A stretch of 64,000 bases of DNA from Saccostrea echinata (lineage: Eukaryota): positions 2,666,001 to 2,730,000 of the forward strand of contig NW_026889796.1 in NCBI RefSeq assembly GCF_033153115.1, in the 5' to 3' direction. Each line of letters begins with the position of its first letter. The first letter of the stretch is position 1. Position numbers and translations under genes: made by a program. Under the pieces are notes generated by a model. It ran no database searches, was not told where the DNA came from, and saw only the letters and a program-made list of their open reading frames with translations. This document shows, in pieces, positions 62,441 through 64,000 of the stretch.

Positions 62441-64000
62441 ATATTATTTGAATATCTTGGATAAATCTAATGCTATCTCTTTTTATTCATCAGTCAGTTT
62501 TTAACTTCAAAAATTATTGGCAAGCATTAAATTTTCTTTTACACTCGTTATTAAAACATATGCATGAAGCCCAATGAATTGTATCTTTCAATCCATAAAA
62601 GAATCGTTTTTATATATTAAAAGTCTTATAATTTTTAGACCAAAAATTATTTCACTGAGGACCATGAAAGGCAGAAATTGCGACTGTCGATCCCAAGCCC
62701 CCTAAGGGTGCAAAACACAGTTTTATGTATGACGTTATCACGACGTAATTAAATGAGGGACATGCAAAAGTGACACCCATAAAGAAATAATATGAAGACT
62801 TGTTACATAGACATCTATAAATCAATAAAAAGATAAAATGGTGAATTTTATCAATATAGAAATATATTGTATTTATCACTTACTAATAAGAAGTATTTGA
62901 CACATGAAACATGGGGGAAATGGGGAAGTTTATGCGTCTAATTGTAGTACACCTATGCATTATTAGCTCCCTTGATCACAAACAGTGCAATAATCAGAAA
63001 ATATAAGTGCTATGCATTTCACAGGACAAATCCTTAAGTTTCTTATTGTTGTACTTTTAGGGTACATTTTCCAGCTTTTTAAAGAGCTACTTTACCTGCT
63101 ACTCAAATCATGCAATTCTTCACATGTGAAAAATTGGTGTTTTTAGAGTTATCTCCCACTATTAAAAACTCACACATAAATTAATTCTCAAAAAATATTT
63201 GTATACTTTTTTCATTTAATCTTAAGATAAGACTCTACTTTATGCAAATAAAAATAAAAAAGCTGCAATTTTCATGTACACTGCATAAAAATAGCAGGGA
63301 AATCCCTACCCATCATGCTTTTCTCTGAGAAAACCCCTGGATTTTATACGAAACTGTGTTTAGCTACCTAAGCCTGTAAACCGCAAACTCTTTGTATCCC
63401 ACTCGAGCTAAACTGTCTGTCTGTGTCAGTGTGTGAGATAACAAATTAAGGTAGACTATATTCCATATCTTTTTAAACATAACAAGAATATTAGCATCAT
63501 TTTTTTTAAAAAAAATAGTTTTAGAGGAATGTTGCAATAGTCATGACGTCACAATTGTAATATGACATCTATGACGTCACAATCGTACAAGGCATTGCAG
63601 TAACACACTGCAATGTCAACCATCGGTCGACTTCAAAAACTGCTTAAATCAGAGGAATATTCCGAATTTAATGATGAAAATATCATTTTAGAATCGCAAT
63701 TTATAGAGATGACACACAAGGGAGAACCTATCAAGTAAGTTTTATCCGAGGACTGGTCGTGAAAGCATTCAAACTCGATCATGACAACTTCTTATTTTTA
63801 TTGTTGTACATGTTAATATGTTTATATTCGAATAATGACAACATTATATTTTTATTGTTGTATGTTTATATTGCGTTATTTTAACCTATTCTTATTACAA
63901 AGGAATATACAAGTCTTAAAAGTACATTACGGTGTCAAAATAGCACTGATACGCCTCCTTAGAACATGTATAACACTGAATGAACTTTCTTTTACGTAAA

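Overview
Eukaryotic, AT-rich, intron-containing DNA. Gene content and repeat families point to a bivalve mollusc, most likely an oyster (inference, no database search). I reconstructed six protein-coding genes by hand from splice signals: (1) a 17-exon, ~620-aa DUF885-family metallopeptidase-like protein with a signal peptide and GPI-type tail (+, 1886-16949); (2) a RING-less B-box/coiled-coil/NHL TRIM-like gene (-, 19642-21132); (3) a compact jitterbug/FLN-2-type filamin with 3 CH domains and about 8 Ig repeats (-, 24545-33798); (4) a bacterial-type 3-hydroxybutyrate-dehydrogenase-like SDR with an altered substrate pocket (-, 40444-43314); (5) a secreted berberine-bridge-enzyme-like flavin oxidase (-, 44257 to ~47038); (6) ZNFX1, including an RZ-finger exon the ORF track misses, with a cluster of ISRE/IRF-type motifs upstream (-, 50410-56296). 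The rest is mostly non-autonomous mobile DNA: Helentron-type (HINE) tandem-core elements, MITEs with 2-, 3-, 7-, 8- and 9-bp target duplications, RTE, Penelope and SINE fragments, two nested stacks, a pair of long-hairpin elements, and a ~2.1-kb motif-plus-variable-linker array containing a homogenised 50-bp minisatellite. No rRNA, tRNA or CRISPR-Cas was found. The best leads are the surface DUF885 peptidase, the ISRE-flanked ZNFX1 (and possibly TRIM-NHL), and the short jitterbug-type filamin.
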